Source of the DNA: Candidatus Zixiibacteriota bacterium
GTDB lineage: Bacteria > Zixibacteria > MSB-5A5 > GN15 > FEB-12
Direction: 5' to 3'
Length of the DNA: 18,067 bases
Assembly: GCA_041742355.1 (NCBI GenBank)
Contig: JBGSIV010000143.1
Coordinates: 1 to 18,067 of the forward strand
The notes under the pieces: model-generated
Database searches by the model: none
What the model saw: only the letters and a program-made list of their open reading frames with translations
Told to the model about the DNA's origin: nothing
In this document: piece after piece, positions 17,107-18,067 of the stretch
How positions within the stretch are numbered: the stretch's first letter is position 1
Layout of the letters: the number at the start of each line of letters is the position of its first letter
Made by a program: the position numbers and the translations under genes

Positions 17107-17514
17107 TCAGGCTAATCCTTCAAAGAAGAACGAGATCTCGCGGCTGGCGTTCTCGTCCGAATCAGAACCGTGAACCGAATTCTGTTCGATATTCCGCCCG
17201 ATCTCGTAGCGAATGGTGCCGCAGGCCGCCTGTTCGGGATTGGTAGCGCCCAGGAGGGCGCGCAGGTCGGCAACCGCGTTCTCCTTCTCCACCGCGATCG
17301 GGACGACCGGTCCCGAGGTCATGAACGCCACGAGTGATTTGTAGAACGGGCGCTCCTTGTGGACTTCGTAGAAGCGCTCCGCGTCCTCACGTTTGAGGTG
17401 CACCAGGCGCATTCCGACAACTTTGAACCGGGCATTTTCCAGGCGGCTGACGATATGTCCGATCAGGTTACGTTCCGTGGCATCCGGCTTGATGATCAGC
17501 AGTGTCCTGTTCAA
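17107..17514 (-). CDS. ndk: Nucleoside diphosphate kinase
   Basis: TTG start after AAGGAG; RTLLIIKPDA, FYEVHKERPFY..LV.FMTSGPVV, GATNP, GTIR, NSVHGSDS (phospho-His). Confidence 0.97.
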   Translation of the reverse strand: MNRTLLIIKPDATERNLIGHIVSRLENARFKVVGMRLVHLKREDAERFYEVHKERPFYKSLVAFMTSGPVVPIAVEKENAVADLRALLGATNPEQAACGTIRYEIGRNIEQNSVHGSDSDENASREISFFFEGLA

Positions 17515-17574
17515 GGTATCTCCTTAATTGGGCATTAGCGATTCGTTCGATATCGAGGGTTCCGAAAGTCAGTT

Positions 17575-17753
17575 GTCAGGCTACAAGCGGCCTTACCTAC
17601 AGGAGGAGAGATTGCTTCGTCGCGCCGCTCCTCGCAATGACAGTCACTAAGCGTTCGCGTTGCGTCAAGTGTCAGGACCACAAGGGTCCTGACCTACAAG
17701 GAGACGTACAGCTATAAGTTCCTGATGTAGGTCAGGACCTTTATGGTCCTGAC
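17575..17753. repeat. Three further GTAG-GTCAGG REP-like hairpins
   Basis: 17575-17600 (minus, 22/26 identical to 6076-6101), 17671-17697 (GTCAGGACC-ACAAG-GGTCCTGAC-CTAC), 17727-17753 (GTAG-GTCAGGACC-TTTAT-GGTCCTGAC). Confidence 0.8.
17608..17641. repeat. GAGATTGCTTCG...CTCGCAATGAC palindromic repeat unit
   Basis: GAGATTGCTTCGTCGCGCCGCTCCTCGCAATGAC with ATTGC/GCAAT arms; resembles a widespread intergenic palindromic element (from memory); single copy here. Confidence 0.6.
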
Positions 17754-17780
17754 GTTGATCAAATCCAACCTCTCGATTCT

Positions 17781-17883
17781 GTCATTTCTGTAACAGCAGG
17801 AATCCAGTCTCTTCGTCATTCACGTCAAACACGCAGAGCCGTGTTTGACCGAACCGTCACCCTTCGACTCCGCTCAGGGTGAC
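17781..17883. repeat. Three different GTCA-initiated palindromic units
   Basis: GTCATTTCTG...CAGGAATCCAG (17781-17807, degenerate), GTCAAACACG-CAGAGC-CGTGTTTGAC (17824-17849, perfect 10-bp stem), GTCACCCT-TCGACTCCGCTC-AGGGTGAC (17856-17883). Confidence 0.6.
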
Positions 17884-17890
17884 ACCACAG

Positions 17891-17954
17891 GATCCCACAG
17901 CAAGCCGTGGGGTGCTCGCTCGCTGTATTCACCGATCCCACAGCAAGCTGTGGG
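17891..17954. repeat. Direct repeat pair of a 21-nt hairpin
   Basis: GATCCCACAGCAAGCCGTGGG (17891-17911) and GATCCCACAGCAAGCTGTGGG (17934-17954), one mismatch, period 43 nt. Confidence 0.75.
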
Positions 17955-17979
17955 TGACTCATTACGTCTGCATTAGCAA

Positions 17980-18022
17980 GTCGGGTTTCTCGGGATCCTC
18001 GACCCCTCCGAACCCGACCTAC
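17980..18022 (-). repeat. GTAGGTCGGGT-class REP-like element, second copy
   Basis: GTCGGGTTTCTCG...CCGAACCCGACCTAC, related to 6177-6216; both lie 3 nt beyond a minus-strand stop codon. Confidence 0.7.
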
Positions 18023-18025
18023 GAT

Positions 18026-18067
18026 TTACTTCTTCAGCTTCAGGGCTTCTTCCCAGCCCATCTCGAC
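18026..18067 (-). CDS. 3' end of an unidentified gene (...VEMGWEEALKLKK*)
   Basis: Open frame from the window edge to TAA at 18028-18026 with G/C-ending codons; too short to assign. Confidence 0.5.
   Translation of the reverse strand, partial: VEMGWEEALKLKK

Noticed and set aside
17502..17717. 71-aa plus-strand ORF upstream of ndk
   Set aside because: It simply reads through the palindromic repeats and overlaps the ndk start; no coding signal.
17891..17954. Mini CRISPR array
   Set aside because: Only two 21-nt repeats with a 22-nt spacer, no cas genes, and embedded among REP-like hairpins.

Overview
GC-rich chromosomal window from a diderm bacterium; the gene style suggests an FCB-group candidate lineage such as Zixibacteria, but that is an unverified impression. 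From left to right: the 5' part of dxr; an envelope trio (lipoprotein cyclophilin, an internally duplicated lipoprotein, an outer-membrane beta-barrel); a 3-hydroxyacyl-CoA dehydrogenase-family gene with ackA; GTAG-type REP hairpins; a GNAT and a small membrane protein; kynU-kynB plus a membrane protein; two tandem paralogous secreted fibre-like proteins with C-terminal Peptidase_S74 autocleaving chaperone domains; the convergent ndk-larA-like-mdh-icd cluster; and a ~450-bp intergenic patch of several unrelated palindromic repeats. Best leads: (1) the non-phage, signal-peptide-bearing S74 fibre pair, with recurring PQPEPP loops, duplicated promoter/leader and constant ends around a variable middle; (2) a LarA-family enzyme with intact catalytic motifs beside mdh/icd; (3) a HAD-family dehydrogenase with substituted substrate-binding residues; (4) the repeat cluster. 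All calls rest on motif recognition by eye; no searches were run.
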